Below are positions 28,596 through 38,977 of a stretch of DNA of 64,000 nucleotides, piece by piece. Both the position numbers and the translations under genes were made by a program. The stretch is from Dictyostelium discoideum. Its lineage: Eukaryota. The stretch lies in NCBI GenBank assembly GCA_000004695.1, contig CM000153.2, positions 5,088,001 to 5,152,000 on the forward strand. Direction: 5' to 3'. The first letter of the stretch is position 1; each line of letters begins with the position of its first letter. The notes below the pieces were generated by a model. It worked only from the letters and a program-made list of their open reading frames with translations. It searched no databases and was not told the origin of the DNA.

Positions 28596-29951
28596 TTGGA
28601 TTATATAATTGATGAAAAAAAAAGTTTATTATTTTTTAAAATTTGGAATAATATAATTTTAAAAAATAAAATTCTTTTAGAGAATAGATTATTTTTAATA
28701 AATTCAAGTCATAGAGTTTCATTTAATAATTTAAAAGAGTTGATACAATATCCACAACAATCTAAAGAGAATTTATATTTTATAAAATTTAATCACTCAC
28801 CGACTTCAAAGAATCTATACCACCATCAGTTGAAAATATCAATTAATAAATTGCATTAATGATGATAGTCAAATTAAATTTACATTTAATAAAAATAATA
28901 ATAATAATAATAATCATAATGGATTAATTATTAATGATGATAAAAAACTTCAATTATCTCATCATGAAAGAGCATTTATTGTTAATACGTTTATTCAATG
29001 TAGTTTTGAAACAATAAAATATGGATTAAATTTTAACCAAGATCTTATTGGTGGAATTTTACCACCTGGTGTAAATAAAATAAAATTTGTTGGTTCAAGA
29101 TCACCTTGTTCAATAAAACCATTCTCAATTCCTGTATCAGTTACATTTATTCAATTTTCAAGAAGTTCAAATTTTAATGAAATGATGGAAGAGAATTGTT
29201 TACCAAAAAAATTAAAAAGATTTGAAATGAGTGATTCTTATAGTAGATTAATTAAATTCCCACCATCACTAAGCAGACTTTCAATTGGTAAAGAATTTAC
29301 TCATTTTCCAATTAACAAGATATTATCAAATGATGGTAATTCATTGGAATTTTTAGATTTAACAAGGGCAAAACATTTCGATGGTAATTTTAAAGACTTA
29401 TCAAAATCAATTAAAACATTATCATTATCACTTGACAATATTTTCAGAGGTACAATTGATAATAAAAATTTCATACCTATTTAAATTTCAAATATAACTG
29501 AATTATATTTATGTAATATTAAACCAATGTCACCAACATATAAACTTAAAAACATGCCAAATAGTTATTTCCCATCATCAGTTACATCATTACATTTTAT
29601 TGATTGTTCAGTTTTAGAATTAAATCAAATTCATTCAAATATTACAATACTATCATTACCAAATGAATTTAATCATTAAAACAAATTTTTAATTCAAAAG
29701 TTAAATATTTATCATTGGGTTCTCAATTTAATCAAGATCTAACTTTACCAGAATCTTTACCAATTTCACTAATTACTTTAAATATTGGTTCTTCAAATTC
29801 ATTATCAAATGATAATTTAAAAATTGATCATTTAACTTTGAAAACAATTAAAACTTTTAATACAAATTTAAAATTTTTAAAATCAAATCTTTTAAATTCT
29901 TTAATCATTTCCCCAAATCATACAGTTAAAATTATAACAAAAAAATATTAA
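28596..29951 (+). pseudogene. FNIP-repeat family gene disrupted by frameshifts and in-frame stops (Dictyostelium-specific family)
   Basis: Seen in sequence: the N-terminal family motif '..SLLFFKIWNNIILKNKILLENRL' is in frame A, which stops at 28859. A +1 frame carries about 215 codons of FNIP repeats ('GLNFNQDLIGGILPPGVNKIKFVGS..IPVSVTFIQF', 'LIKFPPSLSRLSIGKEFTHFPI'). That frame ends in TAA at 29482-29484 and resumes immediately in frame ('ISNITELYLCNIKP..LPNEFNH*'). It then shifts again to 'KYLSLGSQFNQDLTLPESLPISLITLNIGSS', ORF 29715..29951. No GT..AG introns could rescue these breaks. Confidence 0.5.
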
Positions 29952-30373
29952 AACTTTAAATTTCTTTTTTTTATTTAACAATAATAAAAATAAATAAATA
30001 AAAGAATTATATTTTTAAAATATACAAAAAGTTGTTTAATTAATATATTTATTTTTTATTAATAATGATTATTGATGATATTAAACTATTAATGATTTTG
30101 AAAAAGATGATCTAGTATTAATTGGGAGAATTTCAATTATAGTGTATATATATATATTGGTGGTAGATGATTTGTTCCTACAAAAATAAAATCCAATTGG
30201 ATTACTTTTTCAGTTACAAATCCAATAGATCCAAAAAATTATCCACACTTTTTTTTTTTTTTGAAAAAAACAGTAAAACAAATAAATGAAAATAAGAAAT
30301 TTATAAAACTAAAAAAAAAAATAAAAATAAAAATAAAAATTAAAAAACTTGATCAAAAACGAAACCTTTTTTT

Positions 30374-30411
<38 letters not shown>

Positions 30412-30437
30412 CATTTCAAATAAATTAAATAAAAAAA

Positions 30438-31358
30438 ATGAGTGATATCAATGAAAGAAAACAAGCAATTTATGAAAAATTTCAAAAAGTTTTAAATGAA
30501 GAGAAATTAGGGAATGAAAGTGGTGAAAATAAAAAAGAAACAAATGTAAATAATAATAATAATATAGAAAAAGATATTCAAAAAAATAATGATGATAATC
30601 CAATACTTGAAAAACCAAATAGATTTGAAAGTGATATATTATTAGAAAAGAGAAGAAAAGAATTGGAAAAAGAGATTAACGAAATTAATGAAGCTTTAAA
30701 TAAAAAAGGAAGTTCAAGCCTTACTAAATCAAAACCAAAAGAATCATGGTATACATCCTATCCAAAATTAAATTCATTTTTTTCACATCCAGATTTTCGT
30801 GATTGGCAAAAATTCACTTCAATCATGTCAATTGCTGGTTTAGTAATGGGTGGTCTTCATGGTTATAGTGAAGGTAAAAAATATATTAGAGAATCTATTG
30901 CAAAATCCATACACAGTCCATTATCAATTTCATCTGTAAGTTTTAAAATTGAAAATAATTAAAATAATTAAAATAATAAAAATAATAATAACATTTTTTA
31001 AAAAATTTTAAATTTTAATTAGGTTCAATTAAATCAAAGAAAAACATTAGGTATAATGGTATTTAGATCATCATTAATATTTAGTTATAGATGTGGTTTA
31101 TATACAGCAACATTTTTAGGTACAGAATATTTATTAAAGAATAATGTTTTTGGTGAAAGTTTATTAAATAGAACATTGGCTGGTACTGCCATTGGTGTAT
31201 TAAGTGCTTTTCATATGAGAAAAAGAGGTAATTTAGTAGTTCCAATTTCAATTTGCATGGGAACTACCATTGGATTTTTTACTGGTTGTGCTGATTTATT
31301 AGTTGATAAATCTTTTAGAAAAATTGAACAATTAAAAAAAGAATCAGAAAATAAATAA
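30438..31358 (+). CDS. Tim17/Tim22/Tim23 (PRAT) family inner-membrane protein with a long hydrophilic N-terminal extension (277 aa). Two exons: join(30438..30935,31023..31358)
   Basis: Seen in sequence: a GTAAGT donor follows '...SPLSISS' at 30936. An 'ttaattag' acceptor before 31023 is in frame with ORF 31056... Membrane segments carry small-residue G/AxxxG motifs ('IAGLVMGGLHGY', 'LAGTAIGVLSAF', 'MGTTIGFFTGCADLL'). This is typical of Tim17-family proteins. The roughly 110-aa charged N-terminus resembles the Tim23 intermembrane-space domain. Confidence 0.55.
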
Positions 31359-31923
31359 AAAAATAATAGTAATAATAAAAAATAAAAAAAATAAAATTAA
31401 TATAACAAATATAATTTATTTATTTAATTATTTATTTTTTATTATTTTTTGAACCCCCAAATTTGGAAAATCTAATATTTTGTAAAAAAAAAATAAAAAT
31501 AAAAAATAATAATAAGAAGTTAATAAATCAATCTCGATTTTAATTTTTTATCTCCTAAACAATATATCTATTTCAATAATAAAAATAAAAAAAAAAATAA
31601 TAATAATAATAATAATTGAGATTAATATAATTCTTCTTTTTTTATTTGTATTTTAAGTATTTAAAAGATATCAAAATCCTTTATTTTTTTTTTTTTTTTT
31701 ATTTTTATTTTTTTTTCATCTTTTTCAAAAAATTTTATTTTTTTTTAATTTTTTTTTTTTTTTTTTTTTTTTTTTTGACGAAACCGAATCATTTTTTTTT
31801 TTTCGTTTTTTTATTTTTAATTTTTTTATTTTTTTTATTTTTTATTTTTTTTTTTTATCTGTCTATTGTTAATCTATTATTTTATTTTATTTTTTTGTAA
31901 ATTACAATTGACAAGTATAAAGA

Positions 31924-34501
31924 ATGACAGATTTTATTAGAGGTAAAACTCAACATAAAGTTATCTCAGAGAAATTAGAAGATCAAGAAATTGTTAGTAC
32001 AAAGAGAATTACACCAAAGAGAGTTAAAAATGATGATAAAGATAAAAAAGTTAACAAGAAACAAAAAACTTCAAATCAATTAGCACCAATTATCACTGAA
32101 GAAGGTAATGGTATAGCAGATTCTGATGAAGATGATGATAATAATGATAACAATGACGAAAAAAAAGTTTCAGCTGAAGAAGAAAAAGATAGAAACCTTT
32201 TTGCATCTGCTTATAATAGTTTAAAGGGTAAAAAGAAAGCTAAATTAGTTTCAAAAATTGATAAACTTACACCATCTCAATTAAAAGAATATATGAATGA
32301 ACCAACAACTCAATTAAATAAAAAAGAAGAAGCTGATGCTAAAAAGTTATTACCTTTCTTAAAAAAGAATATTCCAAAATCTGCATGTAGATTACTTAAA
32401 AAAGTAAGTATTATATGTAATTATATAATTATATTAATTTAATAATATTAATTTTTTTTTTTTTTTTTTTTTAAGGATTTACATACTGGTATGGTAGTAT
32501 TAGCAACATTTGAACAAGTTACAGAAATGGATATTACAATTAGTTTACCATTTGGATTGAAAGGATATGTTAAATTTAATGAAATTTCAGATTCATTTAC
32601 AGAATGGATGAAAGAAACTTTAAAGAGAGAAGATGAAAATGAGAAATCAACAAACTTTAGAAAGATGAAGATTATATCTGACCAAGTTAGAAAAATGTTT
32701 TACAAAGGTCAAATGTTAAAATGTGCAATCGTAGGTTTAACCGATCATCATACTATTGAAGGTCTTCATTGCACACTTAGACCAGAGTTGGTTAATGTTG
32801 GTTCATCAATTGATACATTCTCAGAGGATATGACAATTCATGGTTGTATTGAGTCAATTCAAGATAAAGGTTATATCGTTTCATTTGGTTCAAAAGATTA
32901 CAATGGTTTCTTGGAATTTTCAAACACTTGTTACTATTACCCCGATCAATCTTCTGATGACCAAAATCAACTTTACATTGGTCAACCAATTGAATCTTTA
33001 ATTCAATCAATTGATAAATCAACTAAAACTTTTAAATTAACAATTTCTCATCCATTAGTTTCACGTTCAACTGTAAAGTATTTAAATTTAAATTTAATTA
33101 CAATTATTTTATTAATTTATTAATTTATTTTATTTTATTTTATTTTTTTTAAAAAAAAAAAAGATTAAAAACTCTGAAACTATTACAATGGAATCAATTA
33201 AAGCAGGTATGTTAGTTGAAACCAAAGTTTTAAGAGTTTTAAGTAATGGTTTACATTTAGGATTTTTAGATTTCTTTGCAGGTGATATTTTCATTTTACA
33301 TTCACAAAATCCAATTGAAACCTATAAAGAGAATCAAGGTGTTAAAGCAAGAATATTATTTGTTGATCAAGTTCACAAGAGAATTGGTTTATCAACATTG
33401 GGTCATGTTTTAGGTTTTAAACCATATCCATTTGGTACAACCAAACCAGGTCAATATGTTGAAAGTGGTAAATTAACAATTGAAAGAATTGAACCATTAG
33501 AAATGATTGTCACAACTGAATCAACAGTGGTACAATCTAATCCAATGAAGGCACCATTACTATTAAGAGGTTATATTCATATTGAAGAGTTGGAGAGTGG
33601 TGTAAACGATTTAACCAAAGCATCAAATCAATTTAAAAAGACAGAACCACTCGAAAAGAGATGTAGAGTTAAACATTTAGATCATTTAGATGGTATGGTA
33701 ACTTATACAGCTCGTACTAGAGAATTGGAGAAGAAATTCTACTCTTACAATGATTTATCTTGTGGTATGGTCGTTCAAGGTGTAATTAGATATGTTCGTG
33801 CCGATTCATTAGAGGTTGAATTGGCCACCTCAATTCATGGTGTAGTCGCTAGACATCATATGGCCGATACTAATATCACCGATCCTTTGGAATTCTTTAA
33901 AGTTGGTGCAACTGTAAAAGTACGTATTATAAATGTTGAGCCAGATAAGAAACGTCTTCAATTAACTCTCAAGAAATCCTTAATCTACTCAGAGTATCCA
34001 ATCATTACCGATAAAAACACTACCCCAATTGGTACTATCTCTCATGGTATCATCACTAAAACCACTAGATTCCTCGTTTTCGTCTCTTTTTACAATAATA
34101 GTTTTGGTGTTGTTGAAGCTCAAAATCTTTCAAATAGTAAAATTGAATCCGTTCAAAAACAATTCCCTGTTGGTCGTACAGTTTTAGCTAAAACTTTATT
34201 CTCTGAAAGTAGTAAATCTCAACCTGGTTTACCTTTGACTTTAGTAATTGATGATGATGATTTTAATTCACAACCACAACCAAATTCAAATAAAAAATCA
34301 AATAATAGTAATAATAAGAAAGAAAATAAAAAAGTGGAAAATAAAAAAGTAGAAGAGGAAAAAGTTGAAGAAGAAGGAAAAGAAGAAGAAGAAAAAGAAA
34401 ATAAAGAAGAAAAAAAACAAGAACAACAAAAAGAAGAAAAAAAACAAAGTACAAAAAATAAGAAAATAGAAACAAAATCAAAAAAAGTAATTAAAAAATA
34501 A
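31924..34501 (+). CDS. Rrp5/PDCD11-like rRNA-processing protein with about six S1 RNA-binding repeats and a K/E-rich tail, but no HAT/TPR half (804 aa). Three exons: join(31924..32403,32476..33072,33164..34501)
   Basis: Seen in sequence: a GTAAGT donor at 32404 and a 'ttttaag' acceptor give '...CRLLKK|DLHTGMVVLATFEQVTEMDITISLPFGLKGYVKFNEIS', the Rrp5 first-S1 signature. A GTAAAG donor at 33073 and an 'aaaaag' acceptor at 33163 are in frame with ORF 33188... Further S1 cores are present: 'HGCIESIQDKGYIVSFG', 'GMLVETKVLRVLSNGLHLGF', 'RGYIHIEEL', 'GMVVQGVIRYVRADSLEVELATSIHGVVARHHM' and 'HGIITKTTRFLVFVSFYNNSFGVVEAQ'. The exon lengths sum to 805 codons. Confidence 0.7.
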
Positions 34502-34850
34502 TTAAATAAATAAAAATATATTAAAAAAAAAAAAAAAAGAATACAAAAAAAAATAAAAAAATAAAATTAAAAATTAAAAAAAAAAAAAAAAAATAGTACC
34601 CTAAAGGATAACGTATAATGGTTTTAAGTTTTTATAAATTCCAAAATCAAAAACAGATAAATTATTAATAATTTGATTTGGGAATTTTTTATTTATTTTT
34701 TTTTTATTTATTTTTCTCTTTTTATAGCGATGATGATGGTGATGATGATGGTGGAGGTGTTTTTTTTTTTATGTTATTTTTTTTTTTGACTTTAATTACA
34801 ATAATTGAATTGATAAACACCCTTTGGTGTTTGTATTTGTATTTGTGTTA

Positions 34851-34886
<36 letters not shown>

Positions 34887-35986
34887 AAAAAAAAAAAAAC
34901 ATAAAAAAGGAAAATAAGAGAGAAAATATACTATCAATTACAAATAATCACACTTAATCTCAACAATTAATTAAGATGTATAATTTAGATGTAAAAAAAA
35001 AAAAAAAAAAAAAATTTTTTCTTTTTTATATTTGTGCAGTGTGATTTGTAAATGTGGTTTTGTTTTTTTATCCAATAAAAAAATAGGTTTTGTTATACTA
35101 TATTCAAAAACTATTTATCAAACCATTTATAACGCCATTGATTAGAAAAAAAAAAAAAAAAAAAAAAAAAAAGAGTTAACTATAATAATCATTGGAAAAA
35201 AAAAAAAAAAAAAAAAAAAAAAATGAATTCATAAAAAAAAAAAAAAAACAAAAAAGAAAAAGAAAAAAAAGAATACTTTATTGGTATTGATTGTATTAGA
35301 TAAATTAAACTTTGAAATTGTTGATTTTGATTGATTGAACAGGGAGGGGGTTAACAAAATGGTTTCAATGAATTATAATTTAATACTTTTGTTTTTTTTA
35401 TTTTTTATTTTTTTAATTTTTTACATGTTAGATTTTTTTTTTTTTTTAATAAATAATACACATATGGCACATAGTGGTAGGATAAAAAAAAAAAAAAAAA
35501 TAAAAATCTTTTTTTTTTAATGTTACCCCAAATAGCAGTTACACTAAATCATACAAAAAGTAAGTTTATTAATTTTTTTTTTTTTTAAAAAAAACATTGT
35601 GGTAAATAACATATTTGTCATATAAAATTTTAAAAAATAATACAAAAAATAATAATTGGTGATTAAAAGATAATTTTTTTATTAAATTATATAAAAAATT
35701 AAAATTTTGCTACATTTTTTTAATGTTTTTTTTTTTTTAGTATAAATTAAATTCAAAATTTTTTTTTTTTTTTTTATTCAGTTATTAAAAATAAACAAAT
35801 TTTATATAATTTAATTAAATTTTATCTAAATACCAAAAAGTAAATATTATTTCTTTTATTATATTTTTAAAATTAATTTACTTATTTCTAATAATTTTTA
35901 TATTAATAAATTATTATTATTATAATTATTATTTTTTTTTTTTTTTTTTAAAATTAATTTTAGCTTTAAAGAAAAAATAAAATAAA

Positions 35987-36142
35987 ATGGGTAACGCTCC
36001 AAGCAGAACTGAACCAACTTGCGATAATTCAATTAATTTTATTATTCCAAAAGAAAACAAAAGTTATCAATGTTATCCAGAACAAGTAGAATCTAACCCA
36101 ATTGATTCTATAAATAGTGTATATTTTTATAAAACAACATAA
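35987..36142 (+). CDS. Small ORF (51 aa) starting with the N-myristoylation consensus MGNAPS. Possible micro-protein or first exon.
   Basis: Seen in sequence: 'aaaATGGGTAACGCTCCAAGCAGAACTGAACCAACTTGCGAT...' is locally GC-richer, with coding-like codon usage, inside a >90% AT region. MGxxxS fits the NMT substrate rule. It is below the ORF-track length cutoff. A possible GTATAT donor lies at 36117. Confidence 0.3.
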   Translation: MGNAPSRTEPTCDNSINFIIPKENKSYQCYPEQVESNPIDSINSVYFYKTT

Positions 36143-36285
36143 CCAAATAATTATTATTTTTTTTTAAAAAACTTTAATATTCCAATCAAATAAAATTTAT
36201 TTATTATTTATATATCACCAAAATTTACTTTTTTTAATTCTCCAAAAGAGAAAAATTATTGTTTTTTTAAAAAATTTCTTTAAAG

Positions 36286-36319
<34 letters not shown>

Positions 36320-37246
36320 TTACCCCACATTCTCTACCTTTTTTTTTTTTTTTTTTTTTTTATCAGTTTTGCTTTATAAACTATTTTCTATGAACTATAT
36401 TCTAACAATATTAAATACCAAATAAAAATCATTTTTTTAAAAAATTTTTGGGTTATTAAAACTTTATTTTGGCAAAGATTTTTATTTTTTATTTTTTATT
36501 TTTTTAAATTTGGGCTTGAAAATAATCTTACTAAAGAATATGTGCAAGATATATTTTTTGTTTTTTTTGTCTTCATACCTACATTAATTAAACACTATAA
36601 AAAAAAAAAATTAACATAAAAAAAATAATCGTACCCCACAAAATACAAAAAAGAAAATCAAACACTAAATGTGGGTATGAATGTTTTTTTTTTGTAGTTA
36701 ATAGATGAACAAAATTTTTTTTTAATTAAATTAAATGTAAAATAAAATTGACAAATTACAATTTGTTTTGAAAAAATATGATTTTAGTTGAATCCCATCA
36801 ATACCAAAAGAGATTCAAATGATATAATAAAGAATAAAATAATAAGTAATACAAAAATAATTTTAGTTTTTATTTTGTCTTTATTTTTTTTTTTTTTTTG
36901 TCCTAATTAATAAAATTAATATCCAAAAAATAAGAATATCTATTGTGTTATTTTAAATTTTATTTTTTTTATTTTTTTTTTTATTTTTTGTTTTTTTTTT
37001 TTATTTTTTTATTTTTTTGTTTTTTTTGTTTTTTTTTTTTTAATTTATTTTTATTTTCGTCAGGTGGTTAAATTACATTTAACAATATGTTTTAAAAATT
37101 TTTTTTTTTTTTCTTTTAATTATTATTTTTATCTGTTTTCTTATTTATTAATCAGTTTGTATTTTTATATGTAAAATTATAATTCTTTTTTTTTTTAAAA
37201 ATAAAAAAATAAATAAAAAAAATAAAAAAAAGAAAAAAGAAAAAAA

Positions 37247-38362
37247 ATGAAAAAAGATATTATTTTAGTACTTTTAATAGTATTACATTTATTCTTTTTT
37301 GTTTCAATATTCGCAATTTCACCAAATTCAGAGATAAAACCACAAACAATAGACACCCAATCTTCAACTTTAACAACTTCCTCTACAACAACAACAACAA
37401 CCTCTTCACCAACAACAACCCCATTGGACATAAAACAACAACAATTAAAACAAAATATTATAGATAGTAATAATAATAATAAGATTAAAGAAGAAGAAAA
37501 AGAAAAATCAAAGAATGTTTATGTTACATTTGCAGATAATGCAGAATATTTAAAAGGTATAGTAGCATTAAGAATGTCAATGATAAATACAAAGTGCAAT
37601 TATGGATTGATTGTATTTGTCACTAAACAAGTTGAACAACAAGATAGGGAACCATTACAATTGTTAGATTGTGATGTTAGAGAGATTGAAATGGTTGATA
37701 TACCAAAAGAAGTGAGTGTCCAAATCGACAGATGGAGACCTGCTTTCACAAAGTTCAGAGCATGGCAATTGGTGGAGTATGAGCGTGTCATTTGGCTAGA
37801 TTCCGATATGTTGTTGTTGAAATCGTTGGATCACTTATTCGATTTGGTTGATATCGGCAACCCGAAATTACTATATGCTGCAATTGACGCAGATGCGAAT
37901 AGTTGTGTGTTCAATAGCGACCGTTTGAAATTAATAAATTCAGGTATAATGCTATTGTCACCATCGATTGATGTTTATAATCTGTTGATTGATGGAATGG
38001 TGGTAGTTAGTAAACTACCAAACCAGAGCACTGTAAACGACCAAGATGTGATCAATACCACTTTGCCACACTGGAGATCCTTGTCATATCCAGAGTATGG
38101 CGTTCAAATAACACATTGTGAATGCACGAGTGAGCCAAGACTTTGGAATTTTACAAATACTTATTTCTTACATTTCACTGCCGGTCTAAAAGAATTACCA
38201 AAACCATGGTCACTACTAAAGAAATCTCAAAATGAAGCTAAAGATATCTTTAAACAAATGCCAACTTGTATTGAACAAATTTATTTAAATTGGATTAATA
38301 CATATAAAGAAGCTTTAGATTTTATTGAAAATAAATTAAATTTAGTTAATTTAGTAAAATAA
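37247..38362 (+). CDS. Family GT8 glycosyltransferase (glycogenin/galactinol-synthase-like), type II membrane topology, 371 aa
   Basis: Seen in sequence: N-terminal signal-anchor 'ILVLLIVLHLFFFVSIFAI'. A Ser/Thr-rich stem. GT8 motifs 'YVTFADNAEYLKGIVAL', the DxD motif 'IWLDSDMLLL', and 'GIMLLSPS', the GT8 'G(x)LVxxP' region. Confidence 0.85.
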   Translation: MKKDIILVLLIVLHLFFFVSIFAISPNSEIKPQTIDTQSSTLTTSSTTTTTTSSPTTTPLDIKQQQLKQNIIDSNNNNKIKEEEKEKSKNVYVTFADNAEYLKGIVALRMSMINTKCNYGLIVFVTKQVEQQDREPLQLLDCDVREIEMVDIPKEVSVQIDRWRPAFTKFRAWQLVEYERVIWLDSDMLLLKSLDHLFDLVDIGNPKLLYAAIDADANSCVFNSDRLKLINSGIMLLSPSIDVYNLLIDGMVVVSKLPNQSTVNDQDVINTTLPHWRSLSYPEYGVQITHCECTSEPRLWNFTNTYFLHFTAGLKELPKPWSLLKKSQNEAKDIFKQMPTCIEQIYLNWINTYKEALDFIENKLNLVNLVK

Positions 38363-38977
38363 AGAAATTTAAAATGAAAATAAAAATAAAAATAAAAATA
38401 ATATTTTAAACTAAAAATGTAAATATAAAAATAATAATTTTAAATTATTTTCTATTTTTTTTTTTTTAAAAATCTTTAAGCTTAAATCAAAAAAAAAAAA
38501 AAAAAAAATCAAAAAAAAAAAACTAAAAAATGTAAATTAATTCTATTTTTAGAATAATAAAATAATAATAAATAAATATAAAATAATAATAATTTTATAT
38601 TATTTTTTATTTTTTTTTTGGTTCAAATCACTTATTTTCGTTGATTGATTTTTTTTTTTTTCTATTTTTCAGTTTTATTTTTAAAAATCTGATTAATTTT
38701 TTTTTTTTTTTTTTTTAAATTTTTTTTAATTTTTTTTTTTTTTTTTTTTCTTAAAATCAAAACCAAAAACTTAAAATTAATATGGCAACTTAAAATAATT
38801 ATTTTTTTTATTTTTTTTTATTTTTTTATATTTTTTTACTCACTTTTTCTATTGCAATAATTTTTTTATTTTTTATTTTCCACCACATACATACACACAC
38901 ACTTCTTTTTTTTATTTTTATTTATTATTATTTATATATATATATAATATATATATAAATAATAATTAAAATTAAAT

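Noticed and set aside
34700-34760. Short GC patch 'gcgatgatgatggtgatgatgatggtggaggtg' downstream of the Rrp5-like gene
   Set aside because: It could be a micro-exon, but there are no flanking splice signals in a consistent phase with a neighbouring gene. It is too short to evaluate.
38600-38640. T-loop-like 'ggttcaaatcac', a possible tRNA
   Set aside because: There is no upstream acceptor, D or anticodon stem. The surrounding sequence is pure A/T. No GGTTCGAATCC-type box pair exists anywhere in the window, so no tRNA genes are called.
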